A stretch of DNA of 64,000 nt, taken from assembly GCA_043228905.1 (NCBI GenBank), contig JBHGNT010000021.1, forward strand, positions 3,782,001 through 3,846,000, in the 5' to 3' direction. A model generated the notes under the pieces. It was not told the origin of the DNA, did not search any database, and saw only the letters and a list, made by a program, of their open reading frames with translations. This stretch comes from Azolla caroliniana (lineage: Eukaryota > Plantae > Polypodiophyta). Shown here piece by piece: positions 11,353 through 23,988 of this stretch; within the stretch, counting starts at the first letter, position 1; each line of letters opens with the position of its first letter. The position numbers and the translations under genes are program-made.

Positions 11353-14300
11353 ACAGGACGTTGCGCTTCATTCAAGACCTGCAACCGGTCAATAGAGTGA
11401 CCATTCGGAACGCAGGAATCGGACCAAGGTCGATCTACTCGATTGGTGATCTGTACTCAGGGTATGATCAGTTCCAACTAGCCATAGAAAGCAGAGACAT
11501 TACGACGATGCGGACTCCTCTCGGCCTAGTGCAGATATGTACCCTGCCACAAGGAGGGACGAACTCGGTGGCCCACATGGTGAATGCGATGAACAAGGTG
11601 CTGAAGGATTGTATCCCGGACATCACCATACCGTTCTTGGATGACATCCCGATCAAGGGATGTCCGGTGGAGGAAAAGGACGAAACGATCAGACCGAACG
11701 GATGCCAAAAATTCATAGCGACACACATTGACGACTGCGAGAGGGTGCTGCATAGGCTAGAGGATGCGAGGCTCACCTTCTCCGGGGAGAAATCGGCCTT
11801 CGGGCAATCGGAGATCATGATCGTCGGACATCTATGCGGAGCGTATGGCTGGAAACCGTCTCCGGCCAAGGTAGAAGCCATCTCTGCTATGAAGCCCGAC
11901 TGTAACTCGGTCACGGAGGTACGGAGGTTCTTGGGAGCATGCGTGTTCTACCACATATGGATCCCGCATTACACCCACGTTGCCGAGCCGCTATACGGGT
12001 TGCTGAAAAAGGGGCGAAAATTCGAGTGGCGAGACGAGCATGCGGAGTCGGTCCGAAAGATGAAGGAGTCGCTTGTTGCGGCTCCGGCACTCCGGAAGGC
12101 TGTCTACGAGAAAGGCACTCCCATCTACATAACGGTAGATACGAGTCCGACCGGGATCGGATGGATCGTCAACCAAGAAGATGAGGACGGCATTCGGTTC
12201 CCGATCCGGTTCGGCGCGAAGGTCCTCAACGAGCGGCACCGAAGATACGCCCAGGTTAAACGCGAACTCTAGGGTATCGTTTCGGCGGTAAAGGTCGATA
12301 AAGACAATCTGATTGGGACAGAGGTGATTATCGAGACGGACTGCCTGCCGATTCTCGGCATGGTTTCCGGATGCGCAACCCCGAACCTGGCAATGCTCAG
12401 GTGGATAGCGTACATCAAGTCCCTGGATCCGGAAATACGACACATTTTCGGGAAAGACAATGCCATGGCCGACATGCTTTCGAGGGCGTGATTCGACGAC
12501 GAGGGCGGCATGGTTTCGGAGGACGAGGAAGTCGGTGTAGACTTCTTCGAGGCAGCTTACGTAACAACCGAGGGGGGGGGGCATTCCGGCGCTTAACAAT
12601 TTTAACGAGAGGAAGTACGACGGGGAGTGGCTGCAGATTGGGGGATTCTTAAGGACAATGGTGCCGGACGCATCGTGGACAAGGGACGAGGCCAACCAGA
12701 TCCGGAAGAAAGCGTACCGATTCTTTCTCCGGGACGGATACTTGTGGAAGCACCCGAAGAAGAGGAACGGCATCCCGCTCCGAGTAGTGGCGACGAAGGA
12801 GGAACAGGAGGAATTGTTGAAGGCCTACCACGACAGCCCCTGGGCTGGGCACCGTGGGACGTGGGCCACGTTCGAGAAACTAAAGAGGAAGTACTGGTGG
12901 CCGGGACTGTACCGGGACGTGCAACAGTTCGTGACAACTTGTGAGAGCTGTCAGATGCACTCCATAGTCCGACATCAGGACGAGCTTCACCCCACATACC
13001 CTCCAACCATCCACTTCAAATGGATGGTAGATTTGGTGACGATGTCAATGGGCGTAGGGCAGATGCGATATCTGGTGCTGGCTCGGGAAGACCTGACGAA
13101 CCAGGTGGAAGGCCGAGCCCTGCAGAACAAAACTACCGCAGCCGTGTGTCGGTTCCTGATCGAGGACGTGATATGCCGGTACGGGTGCGTCGGGAAGATC
13201 GTGGCTGACCGCGGGGAGTTGGACGCCGAAGAGGCCGAGGAGCTGTTCAACCGATTAGGGGTCAAGCTCTCGCTCACCACAGCGTACAATCCGGAGGCAA
13301 ACGGGAAGGTAGAGCGCGAGCACGGGCCAATCGTCAAAGCGCTAGTCCGGGCATGCGGAGACCAGGTCGGGAACTAGCCACGGTTGTTACCTTACGCCTT
13401 GTGGGCGGACCAGACAACGCACAGTTCGGTAACCGGGTTCATGCCGTCAGAGCTCATGTTCGGACAAAAGCCGATCATGCCGATGGAACGGACGATCTCC
13501 TCTTGGGCGACGGTAGACTGGAGTAACGAAATGAGTCGGGAAGAACTGCTAGCAGCGCGTATACGGCAGCTCGAGCGGAGGCCGGAGGACGTGGAACGAG
13601 CAGTGGAGAGACTTCGAGCGGCTAGGATGAAGAACAAAGCCCAGTTCGACCGAACGCACCGGCTCCGACCAACGAAGATCGAGGAAGGCGACTGGGTGCT
13701 AGTCTACGACAACAGCCTCGACAACCAGCACCGAGCAACACAGAAGTTCGCGAAGCGGTGGTTCGGGCCTTACGTGGTAACAAGCGCCAACGACAACGGG
13801 ACGTATCACCTGGCGGAACTCGACAGTACGAGGATGGCGATGCCGGTAGCAGGGAAGCAGGTCAAAGCGTTCAAGAAACGCCACGACGACGAACCGTATC
13901 TAAGAGGCCTGGACAGCGAAGACGAACAGTCCGAAACGGAGGGCAAACCGATGGACGAAGAAACGGAACCCAGACCGGTTTTCTCCAACCAGAAACCAAT
14001 TTTGGCGCATACCGGTGGATGCGCGGTCAGGTGGGGGCGGATGTCGTGAAGAAAACCGTCCCCTGGCACAATCGGTGAATAGCGCACATGAACCGGCCCT
14101 TCACGTGTGCGCGCTCTTAATGTATATAATAGAGAAGAAGGTACAGAGAGAGATCCGGGGTAGTTAGATTCGGTAGGTAGGAAGTAAATGAGGGAGACGG
14201 CTCCCTTCTTGACGCTATAAAGGAGGGGGAGACGCAGGGAGAAGATATCGCGCATTGAGGAGGACGAAGTGTTGTCGGACCGGAACCGAACGCTTCTCCT

Positions 14301-14690
14301 CTGTCTGTTCTTTGTTGCTCTTCTCTGCAGGTTTCGGGAGCCTCGCGCTGCTTCGAGGAACGCTCGTGTGCTTCCGGCAGCACCTCCATCCTATCCCCAT
14401 TTCGTGCACATACGAACAGGCATCGACATCTGTTCGCCGGCCTGTTCAGTTGTAGCCGCTCTCGTGTTCTGTTGTGTACTTGTTATTCGTTAATATACAA
14501 ACACTTGTGTTTCCCTGTCTCTGTGTCCATTCGCGTTTTTTGTGTCAACGGGCCACGCCCCTATGTTTCTTTGCTCATACGTGACCGGGCGTCTCTCTCC
14601 TTCTCTTTTCCCCTTCTATCATCTACTCTTCGGTTCAAGACCCCGGTGGTCCCGCCTCGTTTCCTCACACACGCGCGTAGTAATGCGACA
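11353..14690 (+). mobile_element. Ty3/Gypsy element 3 (from mid-RT to 3' LTR), interrupted by element 2
   Basis: RT-RH 11353-12600, INT 12658-14040, PPT, LTR; in-frame deletion of 11 RT residues near 11427 relative to element 2. Confidence 0.92.
14042..14690 (+). repeat. 3' LTR of element 3
   Basis: TGTCGTGAAG start after the PPT, CTATAAA TATA-like motif near 14215, ends GCGACA; similar to LTR2. Confidence 0.85.
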
Positions 14691-16630
14691 ACGTCTGGAA
14701 GCACCCAAAGAAGAGGAACGGCATCCCGCTCCGAGTGGTGGTGAAGAAGGAGGAGCAGGAGGATTTGCTGGCGGCGTACCACGATAGCCCGTGGGCTGGA
14801 CACCGTGGAACATGGGCTGGACACCGTGGAACGTGGGCCACGTTCGAAAAGCTAAAGGGGAAGTACTGGTGGCCGGGACTATACCGAGACGTGCATCGGT
14901 TCGTGACGACTTGTGAAAGGTGTCAGGTGCACTCCATGATCCGACACCGGGACAAGCTTCACCCGACCTACCCTCCGACCGTCCACTTCAAATGGATGGT
15001 GGATTTGGTGACGATGCCAATGGGGGTAGGACAGATGCGGTATCTGGTGCTGGCTCGAGAGGATCTAACAAACCAGGTTGAAGGCCGAGCCCTGCAGAAC
15101 AAGACGACTGCAGTCGTATGCCGGTTTTTGATTGAGGACGTGGTATGCCGATACGGGTGCGTGGGGAAGATCGTGGCTGATCGTGGTGAGTTGGACGCAG
15201 AAGAGGCCGAAGAGTTGTTCGACCGGCTAGGAGTCAAACTTTCGCTCACCACAGCGTACAATCCAGAGGCGAACGGGAAGGTAAAGCGCGGACACGGGCC
15301 GATTGTCAAAGCGCTAGTTCGGGCATGTGGAGGCCAGGTCGAGAACTGGCCACGGCTACTACCTTATGCCTTGTGGGCGGACCGGACTACGCACAGTTCA
15401 GTGACCGGGTTCATGCCGGTCGAGCTTATGTTCGGACAGAAGCCGATCATGCCAATAGAGCGGACGATCTCCTCGTGGGCCACGGTGGACTAGAGGGATG
15501 AGATGAGCCGGGAGGAACTGTTGGCGGCGCGGATTCGACAGCTCGAGCGGAGGCCGGAGGACGTAGAGCGAGCCGGGGAGAAACTTCGGGTAGTGAGGAT
15601 AAGGAACAAAGCCCGGTTCGACCAAACACACCGGCTCAGGCCAAGGAAGATCGAGGAAGGCGACTGGGTGCTAGTCTATGACAGCAGCCTCGACAATCAG
15701 CACAAGGCCACGCGGAAGTTCGCAAGGAGGTGGTTCGGGCCTTACGTAGTAACAGGCGCCAACGACAATGGGACGTACCATCTCGCGGAGCTCGACGGTA
15801 CGAAAATGGCGATACCGGTAGCGGGGAAGAGGATCAAAGCGTTCAAGAAACGACACGACGGTGAGCCGGAGCTAGGGGGCACGGACAGCAACGACGAGCA
15901 ACCCGAGGCGGAGGACGAACCGGTAAACGAGGAATAAAAGCAAGGACCGGTTTTCTCCAAGTAGGAACCCAATTTTGGCGCATACCGGTTGATGCGCGGT
16001 TAGGTGGGGGCGGATGTCATGAAGAAAACCGTCCCCATGCGCAAACCGTGTATAGCGTGTGTGAACTGGCCCTTACACGTGGGCACGCCCCTTGTGGTAC
16101 AGTAGATAGGTAGGCACAAAGGTCAGATCCTAGGTAGCAATATTCTATAGGGAGAATCGAGGAGTATCTCTGTTCGAAAGGACATAGAATTAATGTGATG
16201 TAAACGGGTAAGGCGGCCTCCCTCCTTGAGCTATAAAAGAGAGGGAGACGGGGAGAGAAGGGTATCGCGCGCTAGAGGGAAGGAAGTGTTGTCGGACTGG
16301 GACCGAGCTCTTCCTCCCTGTCGTTCTCCATAGCTTTCTTTTGCGCAGGTTCTTAGGAGGCTGATTCTGCTCCGTGGAACGCCCATGTGCTTCCGGCAGG
16401 ATCTCCATCTTGCTCTCCTGTGTGCGTGGGTGATCAGGCGTCGGCATCCACCTCACCGACCTGATCGGCTGTAACCGTTCGAGTCGTCTGCATACACACA
16501 AATACATGCATATTGTTACATACATACTCTAGTGTTCTCACCTCGTGTCTCCTGTGTTGTTGTGCCGCGCGTTCCCGTGCGCTTCTTTGTCTATACGTGA
16601 GTGAGTGTCTCTCTCTCTCTCTCTCTCTCT
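14691..16630 (+). mobile_element. Ty3/Gypsy element 4 (integrase to truncated 3' LTR), interrupted by element 3
   Basis: Integrase ORFs 14735-15493 and 15503-15937, PPT, then an LTR starting TGTCATGAAG at 16015 that ends in a (CT)n tract with no CGACA terminus. Confidence 0.9.
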
Positions 16631-17115
16631 CTTTTGACATGAATTATCAGTCCATTTTTAAAGTGTAATGAATTCTATCATCTACATCATTTCTTTGTAT
16701 TTTTTAGTTTTGTATGCCAATTGAATTATTATTTTTTGAACAACCCTTTCCATACCCATGGTTCCCCAAGGAGAAGTGATCCAATCTCATAGAGTAGGAA
16801 CATATATGGGCATCTATATAAACTTCACAAGGAAATTATGTGTTTGGACATTTTCAAACTCTTTTGACATGAACTATCAGTCCATTATAAAGTGTAATGA
16901 ATTCTATCATCCACATCATTTCTTTGTATTTTTTAGTTTTGTATGTCAATTGAATTATTATTTTTTGAACAACCCTTTCCATACCCATGATTCCCCAAGG
17001 AGAAGTGATCCAATCTCATAGAGTAGGAACATATATGGGCATCGATATAAACTTTACAAGGAAATTATGTGTTTGGACATTTTCAAACTCTTTCGACGTG
17101 AACTATCAGTCCATA
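16631..17115. repeat. Local ~229-bp tandem duplication next to the retroelement cluster
   Basis: cttttgacatgaa(t/c)tatcagtcc recurs at 16631 and 16861, with a variant near 17090; intervening sequence nearly identical. Confidence 0.9.
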
Positions 17116-18365
17116 ATCCAACCTAACCTTATTGAGCATCTTAGTGTTACGAACATGTCAAATAGTTGTTTCTTAGGAACCAAAAGTTCATTTTTCCTTC
17201 CTAATAGTAAGCCCTCACACCCCCTTCCAAGTAGCAATTTTAATAGAACGCTTAAGTTGTTTCTTGGAGTCTCATTCAAAGGCATACTTTTCGTCTTGGA
17301 GATATTAACACTCCCTTTACCCTCCCTTGATCACTCCCATTCATTTAAACCTCATTCTCTAAAACATCTCTCTTTTTATCTTCTATGGTCTCTTGTTTTT
17401 TTGTTTTTTGTTACATCTATTCCTCCCCTTCTTGTGACACTACGATGTTTCGTATCACTTCTTGTGTTTGAACATATCCATATGGACCTAAAAGCGCTCT
17501 TCTTCCAAAATTTTGTTGCCTTTGCATCACATCAATGGACCATCAGGGTTTTCTTAAATATATACACACATGCATACATATATACATATATATAATTGTT
17601 TCATTTTCCATATTTGGTTTGGGTCTAATTCATAGGCATAAATTTCAGCTTGGAGACGTTAACACTTCATTTACTTGCATACAAAAGTTTTCCACAAGAC
17701 TTAAAAGCTTATGGGTATCTTCTAAAGTATTTGCAAAATGCATCACGTGGGTTGTGTATAACAAAAGCATGATTATTACATTTTAGACTTCCTATTTTAT
17801 AGAATCATCAACTATTTGTTTTGATTCATCAATGCATAAACCAAAGTGAGTCGTTGAGAGTGACCATAGCTTAGCTCAACAAACATCCTACTAGTTCAAA
17901 AATCTTAATTTACTTAAAAACAAAAGGTGTTATACAAAAGACCATGACAAGAAGTAAGACTAACCAAAACTTGGTTCATGATGAAGAGAACAAGGGCATG
18001 TTTGTAATGCTCTAAGGGCTTATTTAATCTATGCTTAGAAGAGAAAGCTTTTTGAAATCACTACTATTAAGACTTCATTGGATAGTATAGAGTGTAATGG
18101 GTTCAATGGTAGCTTCAATACACATATTTGAAGAAATCATTACTTAACCTCCCACTCACTCACGATATAAAGCACCATGGAAACACTACTAGAGTAAGTT
18201 TTCCATTGCTAGCTTGTCCGCCCGATAATTCACTTAGAAAACTATACCACATCATCACTCACTCAGGAGAAAATATGCACCATGGAAATGACATGTCTTT
18301 GCCCCTAAAATTTCACTTAGAAAGAACCACACCACATCAAAGGTGTTGCTAACCTACAAACCAGA

Positions 18366-19925
18366 CTACATCAAGTGAATTGTCCGTGGGATGCCTTTCT
18401 TTTCTTGTTTCCGGTATGACATCTCCCACTGATTGGTACCTGCACCTGTTTTTAGGGTATCCGCGGAAGTCCGAATCTCTTCGATGACGGCTTTGAGCAT
18501 GGCCTCGGGATTACCTCCTCCCCGGTATCTGATGAATGTCTCGGCCATGGTCGCGGGAGTGACCGTGTTCTGGCCACACGCCACCTCCTCCAGCTCAATG
18601 AACAATTCCGGGTGGGTTTCCCGGGACGTGCCATCAAGGTAATTCACCGCTAGTTTCTCCACCACCGCGGGGGTGCAATAGGAGAGGTGGATATGCATAT
18701 CCATGCGGCCCGGTCTCAGCAATGCCGGGTCGAGCCTCTCCTTGAAATTGGTGGTGAAGATGAAGATCCGCTCCTCGGCGCACCCCGACCATAGCCCGTC
18801 GGTGAAATTCAGCAGTCCCGAGAGCGTCAGTTTGGAGGCGGTGGGGTCGGTTGCGGTGATCCCATGGGAGTTGTTAGTGGTGGAAGTTTCCATGGTATTA
18901 TTACCATTGGATTCGGGTCCATTGATGACATTGCTCCTCCGGTCCGCAAATTGGAACGAGCAATCGATGTCTTCTATGACGATGATCGACCTGCGAGTGG
19001 TGCTCATGAGGAGCTTTTTGAGCTCGGCATTGTCCCAGACATTCGTGAGCTCGAGGTCATAGATGTCATAGTGGAGGCGGTTGGCTATGGCCGCAATGAG
19101 GCTGGACTTGCCCGTCCCGGGGGGGCCATGGAGGAGGTACCCACGCTTCCAAGCCCGGCCCAGATGGCGGTACAAGTCCTGGTTCTCGCGGAAGCTGTCG
19201 AGGTCATCGAGGAGCTTAGAGTGGAGGTCCGTGTCGAGGGCTATGCTATCAAAGGTGGAAGGATGGGTGAAGGGGGCAGATTCCCAGTGGCCGTTCCTGA
19301 ATTTGGAGTTCGAACAGATCTTGAGCTGGGTGTTCTTATGTTGGATCTCCATAGCCGTGCGTGTAACGTGCTCCAGATAGCCGGGCACGATGGCCGACCG
19401 GCCCGATGCCGGAAACTCGAGAGTGAAGTACTCATTATCACTGCCCCTACCATTTATCCGGCCTCCCCCACGAGGATTACCTCCTCCTCCATACCTTCCG
19501 GAGCCACCATTGGAATCTTCTTTCATTTTTTTCCACTGGACCACGACACCATGGAAGGTGTCCTCGAGGATCACTCCTAGGGGGAGATGGAAACGGAGCG
19601 GGTCCCCCTCGTGGACCCTCACGACATCTAGGCTCTTGTGGTTGCACAATGCATTGTCGAGGGAGCTGATGTATAGAACCGAGTGGCGGTAGACATGGTT
19701 GATGCACTCGTCCGATCTCTCCGGGATTCGGAGAGTGACAGTGTCGGGAGCCTCGTGATGGAGGAGCCACTGCCAGAGTGCATCCATCTTCCGGCTGAGC
19801 CACTGCTGGAGGGGGGGTGGCAGAAACCTCTCGAGGAGGGCATACATGCCCATCCAGTACATGGCAACCGACATGACATCCATCCTGTTGCCGCCCCCGC
19901 CCTCGCCCCCGACCCCGACCGCCAT
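18366..19925 (-). CDS. BCS1-like plant AAA ATPase (N-terminal AAA-associated domain + AAA domain), copy 1, intronless
   Basis: HPSTFDSIA, AWKRGYLLHGPPGTGKS (Walker A), IIVIEDIDC (Walker B), TLSGLLNFTDGLWS, LDPALLRPGRMDMHI; first ATG at 19925. Confidence 0.93.
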   Translation of the reverse strand: MAVGVGGEGGGGNRMDVMSVAMYWMGMYALLERFLPPPLQQWLSRKMDALWQWLLHHEAPDTVTLRIPERSDECINHVYRHSVLYISSLDNALCNHKSLDVVRVHEGDPLRFHLPLGVILEDTFHGVVVQWKKMKEDSNGGSGRYGGGGNPRGGGRINGRGSDNEYFTLEFPASGRSAIVPGYLEHVTRTAMEIQHKNTQLKICSNSKFRNGHWESAPFTHPSTFDSIALDTDLHSKLLDDLDSFRENQDLYRHLGRAWKRGYLLHGPPGTGKSSLIAAIANRLHYDIYDLELTNVWDNAELKKLLMSTTRRSIIVIEDIDCSFQFADRRSNVINGPESNGNNTMETSTTNNSHGITATDPTASKLTLSGLLNFTDGLWSGCAEERIFIFTTNFKERLDPALLRPGRMDMHIHLSYCTPAVVEKLAVNYLDGTSRETHPELFIELEEVACGQNTVTPATMAETFIRYRGGGNPEAMLKAVIEEIRTSADTLKTGAGTNQWEMSYRKQEKKGIPRTIHLM

Positions 19926-20124
19926 TGGAACTCTTTTTAACCTAAAAAAGATTTGTCCCAATTTGCTCTAAAGCAAATTCATCAGATGATGAATGCAAAC
20001 TTGCAATTGCCAATTCATGAGATGGATGAGGCAATGAATATATGCACACACCCGGCCAACATATATATAGTTCCTTAAGAAGCTCTCTCAAAAGCAAAAA
20101 GCTACTTACTTGCAAGGCCCGGCG

Positions 20125-20167
<43 letters not shown>

Positions 20168-20175
20168 GCTGCCTA

Positions 20176-20370
20176 GATGGATGTAGCTCGGTTGGTAAGG
20201 TTGCCCAATGGAGACCGGGTGGTCATGGGTTCAACACCCCTACATTCCAGGGGTGGCATCTAGAGAATTATATAAGAGTATATGAAGTATATAATAGAGA
20301 GGTGAGGAAATTGGGTTTCGAACCCATGATGTAGTGCTTGTAGTGTTAACAACTTACCACTAGGGTAAGG
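20176..20370. other. Inverted pair of degenerate tRNA-like heads (SINE/MITE-like segment) upstream of AAA copy 1
   Basis: Plus strand: TAGCTCGGTTGG (20184) and GGTTCAACACC (20228). Minus strand: TAGTGGTAAG and GGTTCGAAACCC (20313-20362). Absent at the matching position of copy 2. Confidence 0.55.
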
Positions 20371-23300
20371 TAATTACGAGAAAAAGGAAAAGAGAGAGAC
20401 TTGGTCTCTCTCGAGTTTCGCTTTTGCTATTCACAATCATTGTCCATATTTCATTCGAAATTTTTATTTTATTCCCTTATATAACATGCTCCAAAGTTGT
20501 CTATTGTCGAACCCATGTGAGAAAAGAAAGGCCCAACAACTTTTTGACGAAATGGGCACTCAAGATTCTAACTTTTGACCATATAAATTCTCTCCAATGT
20601 CCATCAAGATGGTATACACAACATTTTGACGTCAATTCTCTTCAAATTCCCATGTTAGGAGGGTTAAGGGTGCCGTTCCGAGAAGATCCATGTAAAGAAA
20701 TCCTTTGGTTTCACAAATTGGACAACCTAGGCTTTGTCTACCAATAGTTCACAAATACAAGATCCTTTGGTTTCACAAATTGGACAACCTAGGCCTTGTC
20801 TACTCAGAAGCTTGAATGTTACCCTTACCATCAATGGGTTCAACCAAGGCGTTTACAACGACCTAAGAAAGAGTCACCAACTGGTGTTTGGGAAATCTTT
20901 CCCGTTTATCCATAGTTAACAATTTCAAGATCCTTTGGTTTCACAAATTGGACAACCTAGGCTCTATCTATCCATAGTTCACAAATACAATACGTAAACA
21001 TGGACAACCAACATTTCCAAAGCAACCCATAAGAGACAAAAGCAAAATTCTATACTAGAGATCTAGAGTTTGCTTCATTTGATTCTCTTTACTTTTTTAT
21101 AGCTCAAAACAAAAGATTTTAACAAGAAGAAAAAACACAATGCTTCCTTTATTCTCTTTACTTCTTTACAACTCAAATAAAAGATTTTAACAAGAAAAGC
21201 ACGTTTGACATCGGAAGGTTCCGAAGAGGAGAGAAAGTGCCAATGATTTGAAACATCTATACCCATATAAAGTTGCTCCACAACTATCACCACACCTTGG
21301 TGGTATACCTCAGCTATTAACCTTTGAAAGCACCAAGGATTTGAAACATCTACAGTAATAAAGTTGCTCCAGAAGTACATTAGATTCATCCTTGATACAT
21401 GGGTTCCATAGGATACATTGACTGAGCCAGGTAGGTTCGGATCTCAGTTGATCACACTTGAGCCCTCAACGAATGTAACACCATGCCTTCCACATGGATG
21501 CACTGAATCTATCCTCCAATTGGCGGGAGAAACTAGGTTTGAGATCCATGTTTAGAATCCATCCCGTTTGGGGGACCCAATTGACCCCTTTTCGTGGCCT
21601 AAAGTAAGCGAAATGTAACCTCAATAGTATTTTCCAACTGTCATTTCTTGGTTGGAGTCCGATATCACGTTGTTGTGAGAAAGGAATAACAATCATGAGA
21701 GATGGGTATTAGGTATATAGATCTTATTTCATCCTCAAAGGTCAAATACAACCGTAAGAACTAAAGTGAAACATTTTCACATGGAATATGTGGGGTTGAG
21801 TAGAAATAATTGATGTCCAAGAATTTACTAATGGACATTGTAATTGAGAGTGCACATCGTAACCATAGAATGAACCATACGTATCATACGTGCATTCACA
21901 TTCGCGTTTGATTCAATAAAACGTGAATGGTAAATCAACTAAAAGTTGGATTGGTTTGACACGTTTGATTGGATTAACTGTGGTCTATATTATGGGCTAA
22001 ATTTGCAATGAAAACAAATGAAAAAAAGAGAGAGAAAAAAAAAAGGAGCACGTATTTTTCCCCTTTCAAACGTGTACGTTTTCAAACGTTTGAATGCCTC
22101 CACGAACACGAATATTACGTTCTATGATCGTAACTGTGAGAGAAATGTTTATCATATTTATTATTGACAATGTGTGGAAAACAAAGTCAAATTCTGATAT
22201 TCAAGCTCAAGAACTTGTTCAAGGCAAAATATGTATAATCAATTAGTCTCTCCTTTTTTGTCCCCATGCCTCATCTCACATCAAAGAGAATGTGAACAAA
22301 TTCGTATGGAAATGAAGGTGTGGGTGCAATCAAAGAGATGGGGTTTAGCATATATTAGTGAGTGATTTGCCCATTCATAGAAGCTAGTTGGTAATTCCAT
22401 GCTACACATGTAATATAATGTGTGAGACGTGAACCTCCACGTCTTTCCCAAATTATGATTCAGTAGCCCTGTAAACAAATTCAATCATGGAGGAATCTAC
22501 TGATGCATTATAAAGTGTAATGAATTCTATCATCCACATCATTTCTTTGTATTTTTTAGTTTTGTATGTCAATTGAATTATTATTTTTTGAACAACCCTT
22601 TCCATACCCATGATTCCCCAAGGAGAAGTGATCCAATCTCATAGAGTAGGAACATATATGGGCATCTATATAAACTTTACAAGGAAATTATGTGTTTGGA
22701 CATTTTTAAACTCTTTCAACATGAACTATCACTCCATAATCCAACCTAACCTTATTGAGCATCTTAGTGTTACGAACATGTCAAATAGTTGTTTCTTAGG
22801 AACCAAAAGTTCATTTTTCCTTCCTAATAGTAAGCCCTCACACCCCCTTCCAAGTAGCAATGTTAATAGGACGCTTAAGTTGTTTCTTGGAGTCTCATTC
22901 AGAGGCATACTTTTCGTCTTGGAGATATTAACACTCCCTTTACCCTCCCTTGATCACTCCCATTCATTTAAACCTCATTCTCTAAAACATCTCTCTTTTT
23001 ATCTTCTATGGTCTCTTGTTTTTTTGTTTTTTGTTACATCTATTCCTCCCCTTCTTGTGACACTACGATGTTTCGTATCACTTCTTGTGTTTGAACATAT
23101 CCATATGGACCTAAAAGCGCTCTTCTACCAAAATTTTGTTGCCTTTGCATCACATCAATGGACCATCAGGGTTTTCTTAAATATATACACACATACATAC
23201 ATATATACATATATATAATTGTTTCATTTTCCATATTTGGTTTGAGTCTAATTCATAGGCATAAATTTCAGCTTGGAGACGTTAACACTTCATTTACTTG

Positions 23301-23988
23301 CATACAAAAGTTTTCCACAAGACTTAAAAGCTTATGGGTATCTTCTAAAGTATTTGCAAAATGCATCACGTGGGTTGTGTATAACAAAAGCATGATTATT
23401 ACATTTTAGACTTCCTATTTTATAGAATCATCAACTATTTGTTTTGATTCATCAATGCATAAACCAAAGTGAGTCGTTGAGAGTGACCATATCTTAGCTC
23501 AACAAACATCCTACTAGTTCAAAAATCTTAATTTACTTAAAAACAAAAGGTGTTATACAAAAGACCATGACAAGAAGTAAGACTAACCAAAACTTGGTTC
23601 ATGATGAAGAGAACAAGGGCATGTTTGTAATGCTCTAAGGGCTTGTTTAATCTATGCTTAGAAGAGAAAACTTTTTGAAATCACTACTATTAAGACTTCA
23701 TTGGATAGTATAGAGTGTAATGGGTTCAATGGTAGCTTCAATACACATATTTGAAGAAATCATTACTTAACCTCCCACTCACTCACGATATAAAGCACCA
23801 TGGAAACACTACTAGAGTAAGTTTTCCATTGCTAGCTTGTCCGCCCGATAATTCACTTAGAAAACTATACCACATCATCACTCACTCAGGAGAAAATATG
23901 CACCATGGAAATGACATGTCTTTGCCCCTAAAATTTCACTCAGAAAGAACCACACCACATCAAAGGTGTTGCTAACCTACAAACCAGA

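Noticed and set aside
149-16640. Many antisense and alternate-frame ORFs over the retroelements
   Set aside because: Shadow ORFs of GC-rich gag/pol sequence; no independent motifs such as env.
16987-23409. Duplicated 202-aa and 83-aa plus-strand ORFs
   Set aside because: AT-rich, no recognisable homology; shared only because the duplication is recent.
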